A stretch of DNA of 63,899 nucleotides, the filler included, from Aduncisulcus paluster (lineage: Eukaryota), in the NCBI GenBank assembly GCA_024181965.1. It is 13 parts of 13 records of this genome, joined end to end, with 100 filler letters (N's around TTAATTAATTAA, not from the genome) between each part and the next. Parts side by side here need not be neighbours in the genome. Positions count along the whole stretch, not along the records: positions 6,625 to 15,766 come from BQXS01012013.1; positions 15,867 to 17,644 come from BQXS01012014.1; positions 17,745 to 19,269 come from BQXS01012015.1; positions 19,370 to 21,672 come from BQXS01012016.1; positions 21,773 to 33,039 come from BQXS01012017.1; 8 more parts are not named here. One strand, 5' to 3'. The notes under the pieces are model-generated. The model was given only the letters and a program-made list of their open reading frames with translations, did not search any database and was not told the origin of the DNA. Position 1 is the first letter of the stretch, and each line of letters begins with the position of its first letter. Shown here piece by piece: positions 11,196 to 25,100 of this stretch. Position numbers and translations under genes: made by a program.

Positions 11196-13918
11196 TTACA
11201 ATAAAGGATTGAAAGAAGTAGCATCTCCGCTCTTCACAGAGATTTTCCCAGAAGAATATGAAGAGGCAGAAGGAGGTTGTTGGCGGGGCTGAGAAGAAGG
11301 AGGAGGACTCTGGATAGGTTGAGAAGGAGTTGACACAGAGGAGGAACTTGGAGGGAGGTCACCAGAGCCAACAACTCCATAACCAACGTCACTAGAGTAG
11401 GCAGAGTATCCCGATTGAGCAGGGTGGGGGGGTTGACTGTAGCCTTGAGAAGGAGGAGGTTGACTGTAACCTTGGGAAGGAGGCTGGTGGGAAGTCACAG
11501 GAGGAGGTTGAGAGTAACCCTGAGAAGGAGGGGGTTGAGAGTAACCCTGAGAGCTGTATCTGGCTTGAGCCTGTTGTTGCTGACGTTGTTTTTGCTGAGC
11601 TTGTTGCACGAACTTGGGCACACCATACTTGGAAGTTGAAGGCTTGGCAACAGGCTGAGGCTTAGGCTGGGTGGGAGCAGAACTAGCATAACCCTGGTGA
11701 GATGGAGGAGGCTGAGAGTATCCTTGGGAAGGAGGGGGTTGAGAATAACCAGTAGATGAAGAGGAAGGATGAGATGGAGCTTGACTATACTGGGGTTGTG
11801 GATGGGGCTGACCTCCTTGGTGAGCAGGCATAGGAAGAGCGGGACTATCGGGACCGTAATGTTGTTGGGCATGCTGCACATATGAAGGAGGAGCCTCGGT
11901 TCCAGGGAAGTCTTGACGCTGTGGAGGAGCAGGTTGTTGTTGGGAGTAGCCACCATGGTGGGGGGGAGCTCCATGGGTTGGTTGCTGTCTGTATGCACCA
12001 TACTCTCTCTGTTGAGGCCTCATAGCATCGAGTTCTCTCTCCAACCAGCCCTTAGCACCAGGTTGGTCAGACTCAGCAGAGTACTTGCTCACGTTCTTCA
12101 CAAACTCATTGACAACACCACTGAAGACACGGTTACGATCAGCTCTCAAGATCTGTCCGAAAGCTCTCTTGAAATCTTCTCTCTCGTGCTCAATGACTTC
12201 ACAAAGGAAGGTAGGACAACGTCTCATGATAACTTCAAGGAAAGTAAGGGCTTTGCCAACAGCAATAGCACTGCGACAAGACAAAATAGATACAATTTTC
12301 CCAACAAACTGTTTGTTAAAGACAAAGGCAAGAACAATGGAAGAGGAGAGAATAGCAGTAGAAGATGGCAAGGAAACAGCCTTCAAATCCCACTCACAGC
12401 AAGTCTCAGGGACATCAGTGGAAGCAGTCTCCTCTTTCTCTTCACCTCCTTCCTCATCACCAGCACCAGCACTAGCACCAGCACCAGCACTAGAAGTCCG
12501 CTTAACTCCCCATTGCCATACTTCATCGGGACATCCAGCACTGTTGTTCAAGAACTCAGTCAATCCACAGAGAGCACTCAGACCCATCATCATCTCACGT
12601 GCAGCAGCACTGGCAGCAGCACTGGCAGTCCCAGTCAACTTAGTGCTACTGCTGGCAACGTTGATACCAGCAGTGGTGACGACAACTCTGAGCATTCCTC
12701 CATTGACAAACTGGATACCTCCTTCCTTTGATCTAGCAGCAATAGCACAGGCACATCTGAGAGCTTTCTCACGGACAGCATCGGTCTTGGTGTGGTGTAC
12801 CATATCACAACAGAGCATAACAGGGTTGTTGAAGGATATGATGATCGGGATCGTCTCAGGAGGACAAGTCTTAGCAATGTTAGCAAGGAGAGAACAACCA
12901 AACTCTTGAATGTTTCCAACGTGAGAACTTAAAAGGGAACAGATGGCCTCGAGGGGACATGAGTGTCTGGGTACATCGGGAATGAGAGATCCTGGCTGAG
13001 GATGGACAATGTGCTTGATACACTCGGGGGAGACAGAAAGGTTACGGAGCAACCAAAGAGCCATTTCTTGCATCACCTCGTCACGGTCTCCAACCAAAAG
13101 AGAAGAGATCACGGGAACAATGCCGAGCCTGACGAGTTGCTGAGAAAACTCACGGCGGATGGAACTGGTGAAATTAATACACAAACCAACAGCTTGAATG
13201 AGTAATTGTTGCACAGGTCTAAATCCTCCGTATCCTCTGCCAATTTTACGGGCCTCGTCAGAGTATTGACCAGTACTGGGATCACGGGAAGTAGCAATAA
13301 TCGATTTCTTCAAAATAAGAACAATGGAGCTTAAAACGTCCTCATTACTTGAAAGAGTTTGGCGGTTATTATCGTTAATTTGGGAATTACGGAGAAATCT
13401 AATAGTTTCTAGCACTAAAACGCCGTCGGGACAGGTCAATAGATGCTTAAAACGGGGAATGTCAGCAATCAACTTAACCTCTCTGGGATTCAAAAGCGAC
13501 ATACAAAGGCAACAAACCTTATCGAGCATGGCCTGACCACCAACGAGAACACCGGTAGCCATACAATCAGCACAAAAGATTCGACCACACCTCCGACAGT
13601 GATGACGACGGTGGAAAAGAGAAAATTCAGAATTACAAATAGCACAACGATCATCAGGACCGTCTGGAATCCACTTATCCCGTTTAACAATTTGAGCTGG
13701 TGCATTTGAAATGGAGAGTGTTAAATCGGTTCCTAAAAAAATCAAAAATCATAAAAAAAGACGATAAAAAGGTAAAGATGATAAGAATTGGTCAAAAATT
13801 ATGGGATTATTAATTCCTAAAGACAAATTGTCGTGGAATTATTCATAAATCTTTAGAAAAATGGATAATACATACCATATTCCAACTCGAACTTTAAGCG
13901 ATCTGCATTACGAGCCAT
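11196..13918 (-). CDS. FYVE-domain + armadillo-like repeat protein with Pro/Gln/Ser/Tyr-rich tail; join(13876..13918, 11196..13732)
   Basis: WxxD, CAIC, RRHHCRRCG, FCADC, KVCCLC; ARM-like ALWLLRNLS and CSLLANIA; (GYSQPPP)n tail. Intron 13733-13875 (GTATGT...TTTAG) gives in-frame MARNADRLKFELEY-G-TDLTL. Confidence 0.88.
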
Positions 13919-14296
13919 ATTTCAGGATAAAGAGTGTGTATTGAATCGAAAATCGCTCATATTTGGGCAATTTATAAAATCTAAATATAGTGACATTTTC
14001 TATTGGGTTATTTATTTGTCTTACTCAAAAAATTATGCAAAAAATCATAATGATTGACCGATTTGAAACGTTTTGAGGGTTTCACAATGAATAATTCAAT
14101 GAATTTCCTCTATCATTTGAAAATTCGATGCTATCGCTTCATAACACTGGTGGATTCATTTTATTATACTTAAAACAAAAAAGATTTCCTAATTTTGACT
14201 TGTAATTTCCTCAAAAAAAAATGCAGGTTAAGAAATTTGACCCTGAACGGATTGTCCCTTTAATGGATTATGATCTGATGTTTTTGTCGAACAAAG

Positions 14297-15766
14297 ATGA
14301 ATCGTGGTGGGTTTATTGTATTAACAACGTTATTTGTATTTGTAATTTATGCTTTATATACCGCTATGTTCGGTGCTGCTGCTACTGATTCATCAATCAC
14401 TGGAAGGTTTTACAAGTTTTTATCTGGAATCTTTTCATCAATGGGAAGGGGATTTTCTAGAATATTACCGAAAAAAACAGTATTATCTTTCAAAAAGTGT
14501 TCTTTTTGGTGTTCATCTACTCCCAATCGCAGTATGAATGCTCTATTCATTATTTTATGGGTTGGTTCTGCCCTGCTTGCATTCTTTTCCCTTTTTAGAC
14601 CTTGGAGTATATCCTCAGTGCAAGAATCAGGGGAGGATTTAAAGATTTTTGTCTCTCCTTTCTTGAATTCCTCGAGGACTGAATTCCCCAAAATATTTAG
14701 CTCTGAACCCGTTAATGTTATTGAAGATCTTGATAACCCTTTCTCAAGTGTTTGGACTCCAATTATTGTAGCCACTCATGCCCTAAGTCTTGTTTTCTTC
14801 TATCTTGCCATTTCCAGAGACCCTGGTGTTATTACAAAAGAAAACGAGAAACATTATCTTGAAAAATACCCATGCGATAAATTATTCTATCCTGAACCTA
14901 AATATTGTGGTACATGTGGATTAACAAGACCTGCACGTGCCAAACACTCTCGTGTCTGTGGATGGTGTGTTGTTCGGTACGACCACTACTGTGGATGGCT
15001 TGGAACTGATGTGGGGGAGGGTAATCACCTCTGGTTTATCCTTTTCTTGCTTGTTTCAGGTATTGGAATGACCGCCGTTGGAACAACCTCAATCATGGGC
15101 ATTTTTTACGTTGCCAAGCGTTTGAATTTACTAGAAACTATTCAACGTTTCCAAGGAAGCCAGAAATACCTTTACGTTCTTCAATTTTTTGCAACTGAGT
15201 TCCCAGCTCAAGTAGCAACATCCATGTTCGATTTCGTCCTTGGAATTGCTCTTGTTCTTTTCTTTTTCTACTCTTTCTCACTCGTGCTCCAAAATAAGAC
15301 CACTAATGAAGTGTTCAAATATCAGGATGTTCGCTATGCCATTAGAAACGGACAGATCTGGCCTGTCGATGAAAATCACAAACCTATCGATGTTCCAATT
15401 AAAGAACGTGAGAAACTCCTTCTTAAAAATCCCTTTGACCAAGGAAAGTGGAAGAATTTGAAGCAGATTATCTCTGGCGCAACTCTTAAGAAAGCTCCCC
15501 CCAAACCAGGACCCACGTGGCCATTTGATCTTAGAGAAGGTGGTGGATGTTGTTGTAATGCTCCCAATACTCCACGTGCACACGGTAAAGATTCCATTCC
15601 TGGTTCTAAGAAGAGTGGAAAGAAGAAGGAGAAATCTTTGGATCATCAAAGTGAAGTGTCTTCTCATAAGGTGTCTGGAGGTAAAAAGGGGAAAGGAAAG
15701 GGGAAAGGAAAGGGAAAAGGAAAAGGAAAAGGGAAAGGAAAGTCTCAAGGGGGTAAAGCTAACCCT
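14297..15766 (+). CDS. DHHC-family protein S-acyltransferase (DHYC variant), 3' truncated; Gly-Lys repeat tail
   Basis: DPG motif, CxxC...RPARAKH, RYDHYCGW...VGEGNH, TTNE, NPFDQG motifs; four TM segments. Confidence 0.93.
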
Positions 15767-15866
15767 NNNNNNNNNNNNNNNNNNNNNNNNNNNNNNNNNN
15801 NNNNNNNNNNTTAATTAATTAANNNNNNNNNNNNNNNNNNNNNNNNNNNNNNNNNNNNNNNNNNNN

Positions 15867-17644
15867 ATGGCTGACCTCGAAGCAGAAGAAAGGGAGCTTG
15901 TTGGACTTCCTGAGGAAGAGGCTGAGGAAGAAGAAGAAGAAGAACCAATATTGGACGAGAAAACACGGAAGAAGCTTGAAAAAGAAAGGAAGAAACGTGA
16001 AGAAAAAGAAAGAAAACAACGAGAAAAAGAAGAGAAAGAGCGCAAGAAAAAAGGAAATTTACCCCCACCTGTTGTTGAAGAGCCTGTTGAAGCCCCCCAA
16101 CAAGGTGAAGAAATGGAAGGAGATCATGAAGAAGATGAAGATTCTTCTCTTGGAAGTGAATTGTTCTCTTGGAGTATCAAAGATATCAGTAATGGATCAT
16201 CTCCAGGATCTGATGGACACACAGTCCTCTCTTCCTCTTTCTTCTTACCCCTTTTACCTCTCTTCTCTTCCTCTTCTCTCTCCGAGGCTTCAGACACTCT
16301 CCCTCTCCTTCCATTATCTTCCCTGTCTCCTTCTGCTTTCTGTGGCACCCTATCTTCCTTCCTCTCTCTCTCGTCTTCTCTCTCCTCTCTCTTCTCTCAC
16401 TTAACCATTGGACGAAACCCTGCCCAATCCACACCAGCATGCAGCGATGTTCTGTCTCTTTGGGCTCTCGCTGTGGCTGAGCTCTGTGATGAGATCAACC
16501 CTTCAGTCGTATGGGAAGACATGGAAATGGGTCGAGAAGTTGTAAAAGAAATGTGGATGTTGCAACAGTTCTATAGTGGATTTGTACACCGTCTTTCATC
16601 CTTACCGCTATCTATCTCATCCTCTCCTGAAGTTATCGATGTTGTCACTGGGTTGATTGACAATTGGGCCCTGTTTGAAGAAGAGATGCGATCGGTTAGG
16701 GAGAACATGAGAGATGCACAAGGAAGATCTGAAAGAGACAAACACTTATCAATGCTATCATCCAGTTCCACCACTCAGCGTGATGCTCTCCATGATTCTC
16801 TTGCAGCCCTTGCATGTACTCTAGTTCACTCAGACACATCCTCACTCACATCCACCACGATCCTGATTGAAGACGCTGCTGCAACGGTTGCCATGGGGAA
16901 GAATGTTTGTGTGGAAGAGGAAGAGAGGAGGAAAGAGAGTAAGGAAGTCAGTCCTGGATTCTCAGTACACCCTTTCCCTTCAACATCTCCTGCAGTGCTC
17001 AGTTCATTGATCTCTGCCGTCGTTTCTGCATCTGCTTCTCTTAATGAGCACGTAGACCTTGCCAAGATTGAACTTGTTCAGCATACTTCCCACGTTGATC
17101 GTGTCAGAGAACGAGCAATCGCAAGTGGAGTGGAGCTAACTGATATCAAATATAAAGCTCTCAAACTTGAAGAAGAGCAACGGAAGAATTCATTAAAATG
17201 GGACAGGGTGGAAGAGGAAGAGATGGAAAGAGTCAAGAATCTCGCATCTGAGGGTGAAATTGTTATCAAGAAGAAAGGTGGAGCTAGAGTTGAACCTATT
17301 GTCAGAGCCGATGCCTACAACTATGGTGAAGATTCTGTAGAAGAAACCACTGAAAGAGAGATGTCTGCTACGGTCGACAGTGAACATACTGATGGAAAGA
17401 GAGGACGTACACGTTTCTCCTCAAGGTTATCAAGTCGTGGTGTCACATCTGGCAGGGGTGGGAAGAGTTTGGCTTCTTCCCAGCGTATGAGTCGTCGTTT
17501 CGCTGGACACCCTGCTCGTTCAGGACAAACACCACGTTCTTCCATCTCTCACCCAACTATTCCTACGCATATCCAACAAGCTCGTGAACTTACAAGTGCT
17601 CCATTACCACCTACCCCATCGTTCAGCACTCTTTCCTCCGCCAA
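15867..17644 (+). CDS. Hypothetical Glu/Lys/Ser-rich protein, partial
   Basis: Single open frame spanning the whole contig. Confidence 0.7.
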
Positions 17645-17744
17645 NNNNNNNNNNNNNNNNNNNNNNNNNNNNNNNNNNNNNNNNNNNNTTAATTAATTAA
17701 NNNNNNNNNNNNNNNNNNNNNNNNNNNNNNNNNNNNNNNNNNNN

Positions 17745-19269
17745 GGTTATCGAATCACCAGAAGCAATTGGAGTTAGGTCCAATACATCACTGACTTCAC
17801 TCAATCCACATCCGCTTGCATACAAAACTAGCAAACCACTATCAATGGAACCATAATCGTTCGTACGACTCACTGCCTTTGCTAAGATCTGAACAACCAG
17901 TTTATCATACTCGGCGTTAGAATTGGTATCTTCACTCAAGTCATATCCATCAATATTGAGATATATTAAAGAGGTGGCATACTCAAGACCTTGGAGTGTC
18001 GTAATCTCGTTCACATCAGAAATATTAGAGCTATACGTGACAATGTCAGATAACTTGAGGATGACACTGGTAAGAGAACTTCTCAGGGTAGCAACATTGA
18101 TGATACCATTACTTTCAATGTCATCGGACGTCAAAAATCCATTGTCTGCATCAGAGAGGTATGCTCGTATTTCATCGTCATGAACAGTGTAGCACTCACC
18201 ATTATCACCTTCCTTGGCTATGAATGCACACTCTTTAGAATCAACTCCATCAAGACTGTTGTACACCTCATTCAGGACAATGGAAGGACATTGGTCGTAT
18301 GTATCGGGGTCACAGTAGTATTCTCCTGCGACATCATTAAGGGGGCAGCTGTTTAAAATGAAGTATACGGAATTATAATATGAATCGTCCAAATATATTG
18401 GGAATACATTCTGTAGGAATAACAGATAGTCTTCATCAGATTCTGATCGACAGAGAGGAATTCTTGAGACACTATATGTCGAGGTTGATGAAGAAAGGTA
18501 ATACAATCCAATATTCCTATACGCAACAGAAATATCATATATCCGTGGATTTCCCATTATTGCAAGAGAATACAATCTTGACAAACCAAAGATACTGTTA
18601 AAATCATCAATATTCAAATTATACGAAGCTGAGGACATATACAATCCTATTCTTCCGATTTGATTAAGGTTGGCAAAATCGTCAACACTAACAATATCAT
18701 AATTATCCGCATTGAAATAATGCAAATTAATCAAATATTGGACACCTTCAAGGGTTGTGATGTGGAGATTCGATTCAAAATAACTCCCTTCTATCACTGC
18801 CAACTCAAATTCAGACACATCACACAAAGTTAGACCCCTTCCGGCATAAGAACAGAGGTAACTTCTGAAAGTCTCATCGGGAATATAGAGTTCGTACAAT
18901 TGATCACAGTCATCTCCATACCAGGCAGATCGACACCCACATGTGATGGAAGAATTGCCTTCCTCAAGAACAGGCATCATAGTGGAATGACCCTCACACA
19001 CTTGACAACGAATGGCATCATCAACGGCGCTAGAGGAAGACACACACGTTGCACTGGCTGTATCGTACACATACCCACTAGCACACGCAGCAACACAGGA
19101 ACCACTCGCTTTGTCAAGATAGTACCCATGCCAGCACTCAACAGCCCAGCGACCAGGATACACTTCACGACACACTTGGTGATCAGCGGAGGACACAGAC
19201 GCAGAACAATGGCAGGTCTGGTCAGAGTAGGTAATCACAATAGAAGTAGCAGAAAAATAGGTTTCTAAC
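17745..19269 (-). CDS. Cys-rich/EGF-like + internalin-type LRR surface protein, partial at both ends
   Basis: CxCxxxWYGDDC EGF ending; LRR caps IPDETFRSYLC, ITTLEGVQYLINL, ITTLQGLEYATSL. Confidence 0.8.
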
Positions 19270-19369
19270 NNNNNNNNNNNNNNNNNNNNNNNNNNNNNNN
19301 NNNNNNNNNNNNNTTAATTAATTAANNNNNNNNNNNNNNNNNNNNNNNNNNNNNNNNNNNNNNNNNNNN

Positions 19370-21672
19370 CCTCCACCAGAGCTGTACTGGTGTTTTGACT
19401 GCCAATCAGCAAGCAATCTCTGGCGTTGCTCTTCTCGATATAGCACATCTTGGAGGGCAGGGTTAATAAAAGCTGGAGGAAGAGGAGGGGCCACAGGCTC
19501 TTCTTTCTTCTTTTCTCCTTCTTTCCCTTCTTCTTTCTTCTTGTCATTTCCATTTTTGGGAGTGGATGCTGGTTTTGGGGGAGGCTTTCTAGTAGTAGAA
19601 CGCCCACCATTGGGTTTCTGTGCTCCATCAGTTGGTTTTCCAGAAGAGCTCGCTTCAGCCTTTTCCTTAGCTTCCCTTTCTTTCCTTTCTTTCTCTTCTT
19701 TCTTCAAGCGCTCCTTCTCAGCCTTTTCCCTTTCCTTTTCTTCCCTCTTTTTCTGCAATATTCCTTCAATAATTTCCTTTGTTGGCCATCCTTTGAGTGA
19801 AATGTACTGTTTCATGATGCCTGTTTCTTTCTTGATTCGCTCGTAATTAGTCATTGTTGACTCTTGCTTCTCTTTCAATGATGTGATCAGATCGGTCACG
19901 GACTTGCTTGTGGCCTCGAGTTTCTGTGCCTTATTGCTCAGGAGCTTCACTTCAGTGACGGATCCCTCAAAAGAGTAACTAATGTGACGGTCCACACCAA
20001 GACCAACCCCGTAGTTGTCTGGTATTGGAGCGTTGTGTGAGAGAGGTCCAGGGTTAGTTGAGAGTTTATGCTGAAGCAGCTGGTATAGTTTAAGAGCTTC
20101 TTCTTTCTCCTTCAGACAAAGCTCTTGAGTTTTGGTAGAGCTTGAGTGTGGCATTGAGCAGGTCAACAATAAAGCATTTTGTTTGGCGGCAATATCCTCT
20201 CCATGCTCAGTCCTTGTGTGTACATTGGCATGCAAGAGATCAAGCGGGGCAGCGAGAATAGGAAGAGAGAATCTATCACGCAAGTAAGAGAATAGAGAAG
20301 AAGGGGAAGAGAACAGGAGATCGGATACATGTCGTGTGAGATCAACAAAGTCAATGTCACAAGGAATACCTTCATGTTTATCTTTGAGGCTCCAAACAGA
20401 GAATAATGTTTCAATCTCCTCCTTAGAAGGCCGATTGCACACCGATTTATGTTGTTCAGTGTCAATTTCGTGTATCTTGGAATAAGGTTGGATATCTTTA
20501 AAAAGCAATAGTTTCTCAACCATAACTCCACGTTGTCCAATAGCAATAACGAGACAGCAGATCTTTGTGAGAATACACATCCTGACACCCATCACTTTCC
20601 CATCGACGCGACGATCAGCGGCCTCCATTTCGGCCAACTCTCTCTCTTTCTCCTCTTTGAGCTCAGTTTTCTCCTCAATCTCACTGCGTACCATACCATA
20701 TTCATCCTCTCCCTTTTCCAGACGATCAATGGCCTCTGCAAGGTTATCAATCTCGATCTTGACTGATGATTTCTCCTTCACCCGATCTTTCCGTTCATAC
20801 GCAGACATAGTCGGTGTGATAAGAGGATAGGCTTCCCAGTGAGAGAATGGATGGAGCAAGGAACAGTCCAGACCAACGCACACAGCACCTGCACGAGTCA
20901 AGGTCATCGTGACTCTCTTCTCTGCACCCTCCTTCAGCATAGATGATTCATCACCAACACTCTGAGTGCCTGAAATGGAAGAAGAAGAGGACGCTGACGT
21001 ACCATGGTTTAAGCTGGGAATATCTTCGATTTTCAGGTCGAGACACCCATCTTTCCTCCACTTCTTAATATCATCATTCCAGACACATCCATGAGCAAAC
21101 GACAGGAAAGGAGTCGATGGAAGTTTGAAAGAAAGAGTGAATGGCACGGAATCATCATGCTTTCCACTGTCATTTGAAGTGGTTGTGCACTGTGAAGGGA
21201 CATAGCCTCTCGGCCAGTACTGTTTCTCGGAGGTGGCTAGCTCTTGCTTCTGTTTTTCAACTCCCTCAGTATATTCCTTGGCAGTGATCTCTCCAGCAAG
21301 AACCTTATTGACACGAGAAACCCACTCTTCCCTTGCGTTCTTGAGAAGAGCAAGCCATTCTCTTTCGAGAGCTCTGAGGTCTTCTCTGTCCGCGCGATTA
21401 AGTTCTTTCTCTTCCTCCCTTCGCTCTTCTTCTTTCTTTCCCCCAGTGAAACCAGGATAGGATGGAACACAGCCCCCATGCATGGGAGGGTAAGGAAGAT
21501 GCTTAGCCAAGGGACTATCATCCTCCTCTTCCTCTTCATCGACTTCTTCTCTGGTCTTCTTACGTTTCTTCTGGGATGTACGCAGAGTTGAAGCAGTCTT
21601 GGCCTCAGCCTCTTTTGCTTCCTCTTGTTCTTTCTTCTTCTTTTCCTCTTCTTCTTCTTTCGCTTTTTGCTC
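19370..21672 (-). CDS. CASC1/DNAI7 (IC97)-like axonemal dynein-associated protein, partial at both ends
   Basis: Frame open across the contig. WNDDIKKWRKDG...VTMTLTRAGAVCVGLDCSLLHPFSHWEAYP resembles the CASC1 WxxxxxxWRxDG...MPYQSWELRP signature (recognised by eye). Confidence 0.55.
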
Positions 21673-22180
21673 NNNNNNNNNNNNNNNNNNNNNNNNNNNN
21701 NNNNNNNNNNNNNNNNTTAATTAATTAANNNNNNNNNNNNNNNNNNNNNNNNNNNNNNNNNNNNNNNNNNNNGAGGAGCAGGAGGTGGAAAGAAAGACTC
21801 CTGGTCCGGCTTGGATGTGCATTATGTCGCAGAGAGCTGTGCTGTCTCAAGGATTATGAAATGAAGACTTTGGAAACTGATCCCAGACCGCCTGTATGAC
21901 GTGTCTGGAGACCTCTGTTTTAAACCAAAAACTGAAGTTTTTCTGAAAGAAAAATTTATATAGCAAAATATTACTTATCAAAAGGAAGTAGTTGTTTATT
22001 TCTTTTCGCACAAAGCAGAGTTTGCCGTCATATAAATAAAGATACTCAATCGTTGAATTATACATTGCCGCTTCAGTTAAACAAATTAATTGAGTAGATA
22101 TTGCATATAAATTATTGTCTTGTCAATGCTAGAATTAATTTGGCTTGCTGAGCGACGTGGATACCGACTTCATCTCGAAG

Positions 22181-25100
22181 ATGACACGTCGTGTTGTTAG
22201 TACTTCCGTTTGTTCTCTTCTTGGTAAATTTATTTTATTTCTCTTTTGAAAATAACCCATTGATACAATCAAACAGATATTCTGTCTCAAATATTCATGG
22301 GAAAGCATTGCCTCATATCGCTAGATGAATCTCTCATTTCAATATTAGACGAATTGCAAATCTCGTATTGGGATGCAATGATTGGTATTTCTGGCTATTA
22401 TTATGTTGAATGTGCCGATATTCCCTTTATTGACTCCATTCTATCATCAGATATCATATCTTCATTTTCACTCAAATTTTCTTCATCATTGAAATTTTCT
22501 CTTTCTGAAAAAATGAATTATGAATCTAACTCATCAACCAAAGTATTTTACGATGATATTGATGGATTTTCTACTGAAAGAATTCCCACATCTCTTTCTC
22601 CCCTCTCTGATCAGTGGCATTTAGATGAAACTGACTGTCAAAGTATTCATATAAATGTTACTCCCATGTGGGATGGTGGAATTACGGGTAAAGATGTTGT
22701 TGTTGTTATCACTGACCAAGGCTTTGATATTGATCATCCATCATTGGAGAATAGATGGATATCCGATTGGTTTTTGTCATCAAATTATCGTCTGTTGTAT
22801 GTTTTTATTTGTTTTTATATTATTTTTTTATTTCTATTTTGTTATAGACTCATTTTCCATGTTATGTTTTTTCTCCCGTTGTTCCAATCCGATAATGTAT
22901 TTTTTTCATCTCTTAGTCCCGATTTCACTGATACAGAACCTCTTCCTTCATCATATCTTGAAACTCATGCCACAGAGTGTGCTGGAATTATTGCTTCCTC
23001 CTCTCAGTCGACGATTGAAACAAATGATTCATCTACCTCCTCTTCTTCAACTATTTCAACATCATCCACTCCATACAATATACAGATAAGAAGTGCTCAA
23101 ACTCTCTCAGATGATTTTGCCCGTCTTCATCTCCTTGATGATGATCTTCCCTCGTGCGGATATGGCATTGCACCTGAAGTTAGTCTTGCTGGTCGTAACT
23201 TTCTGTCAACATTGCCTCTCTTAACATCCACTCAATATGTATCGGTGTATCTTCACGCTTCTGTCGGACAATGTGAACATGTTAATGTATTTTCTCATTC
23301 TTGGGGAAGTTTGTTTGTTCAAGATCAAATGTATCCGAGATCCGTTGTTCCAATCCGATAATGTATTTTTTTCATCTCTTAGTCCCGATTTCACTGATAC
23401 AGAACCTCTTCCTTCATCATATCTTGAAACTCATGCCACAGAGTGTGCTGGAATTATTGCTTCCTCCTCTCAGTCGACGATTGAAACAAATGATTCATCT
23501 ACCTCCTCTTCTTCAACTATTTCAACATCATCCACTCCATACAATATACAGATAAGAAGTGCTCAAACTCTCTCAGATGATTTTGCCCGTCTTCATCTCC
23601 TTGATGATGATCTTCCCTCGTGCGGATATGGCATTGCACCTGAAGTTAGTCTTGCTGGTCGTAACTTTCTGTCAACATTGCCTCTCTTAACATCCACTCA
23701 ATATGTATCGGTGTATCTTCACGCTTCTGTCGGACAATGTGAACATGTTAATGTATTTTCTCACGTTGTTCCAATCCGATAATGTATTTTTTTCATCTCT
23801 TAGTCCCGATTTCACTGATACAGAACCTCTTCCTTCATCATATCTTGAAACTCATGCCACAGAGTGTGCTGGAATTATTGCTTCCTCCTCTCAGTCGACG
23901 ATTGAAACAAATGATTCATCTACCTCCTCTTCTTCAACTATTTCAACATCATCCACTCCATACAATATACAGATAAGAAGTGCTCAAACTCTCTCAGATG
24001 ATTTTGCCCGTCTTCATCTCCTTGATGATGATCTTCCCTCGTGCGGATATGGCATTGCACCTGAAGTTAGTCTTGCTGGTCGTAACTTTCTGTCAACATT
24101 GCCTCTCTTAACATCCACTCAATATGTATCGGTGTATCTTCACGCTTCTGTCGGACAATGTGAACATGTTAATGTATTTTCTCATTCTTGGGGAAGTTTG
24201 TTTGTTCAAGATCAAATGTATCCGAGATCATCTTTGACTTCATTGAGCAGTATTCTCTCTTCGTCATGTCCACATACATTCTTCTTCATTGCAAGTGGGA
24301 ATGACAAACAGATCGGGGGTGATTCCAACCTCCAGAGTGAACGAGGTGCTTATATATACAAGATTGGCGGAGTTGGACCGAGCGGAAGGATGACGAACTA
24401 CTCCAATGGTGGCTCTGATCTCTTGATTAGTGCTCCAACGATGGGATATACATACACAACATTGGATGATTGTTCTTCAATACTGGGGATATTCACAAGC
24501 ATCACTCGTCCAAGTTTGGATGGAAGTGCCCAATGTACTTCCAATTTCAGCGGAACATCCGCATCCACTCCCATGGTATCTGGTGTTGCTGCAGCCCTTA
24601 TCCAAATGATGTCAGATTGGGAGGATGAAGAAGATGGGAATTGGGGGCGCTCTGATATCATTATGTGGCTAATTACTGGTGCCATTGGATGGGGGAAACG
24701 TCCATTTACTCAAACATTGATTAGTGATGACTCCAATGATACCTCCACACAAACTATTGCTACTTCTTTCTCACATCTATATATATCCGCAGCATCGCCT
24801 CTATTATCGGAACAATGGTCATTGACTGGTGCTGGCCTATTTCACTCAACAAATTATGGATTTGGAATTCTTAATGCAGGATATTCGTATAATATTGGCA
24901 AATCCCTGTTAGATTCATCAAATTTCTCATCATTCTCTTCTTCCATCTCTTCTTATTCAATTGATATTCCCCTTTCAACGGGGCAGTATATTGAAACTCC
25001 GGGACAATGTTTTCTCTTTGATATTGGCAGCGGTGCTTCTCACAAGTATAATGGAGATTCATACCAAAGTGGTGTTGCTGATATGTATATCGAGCATATC

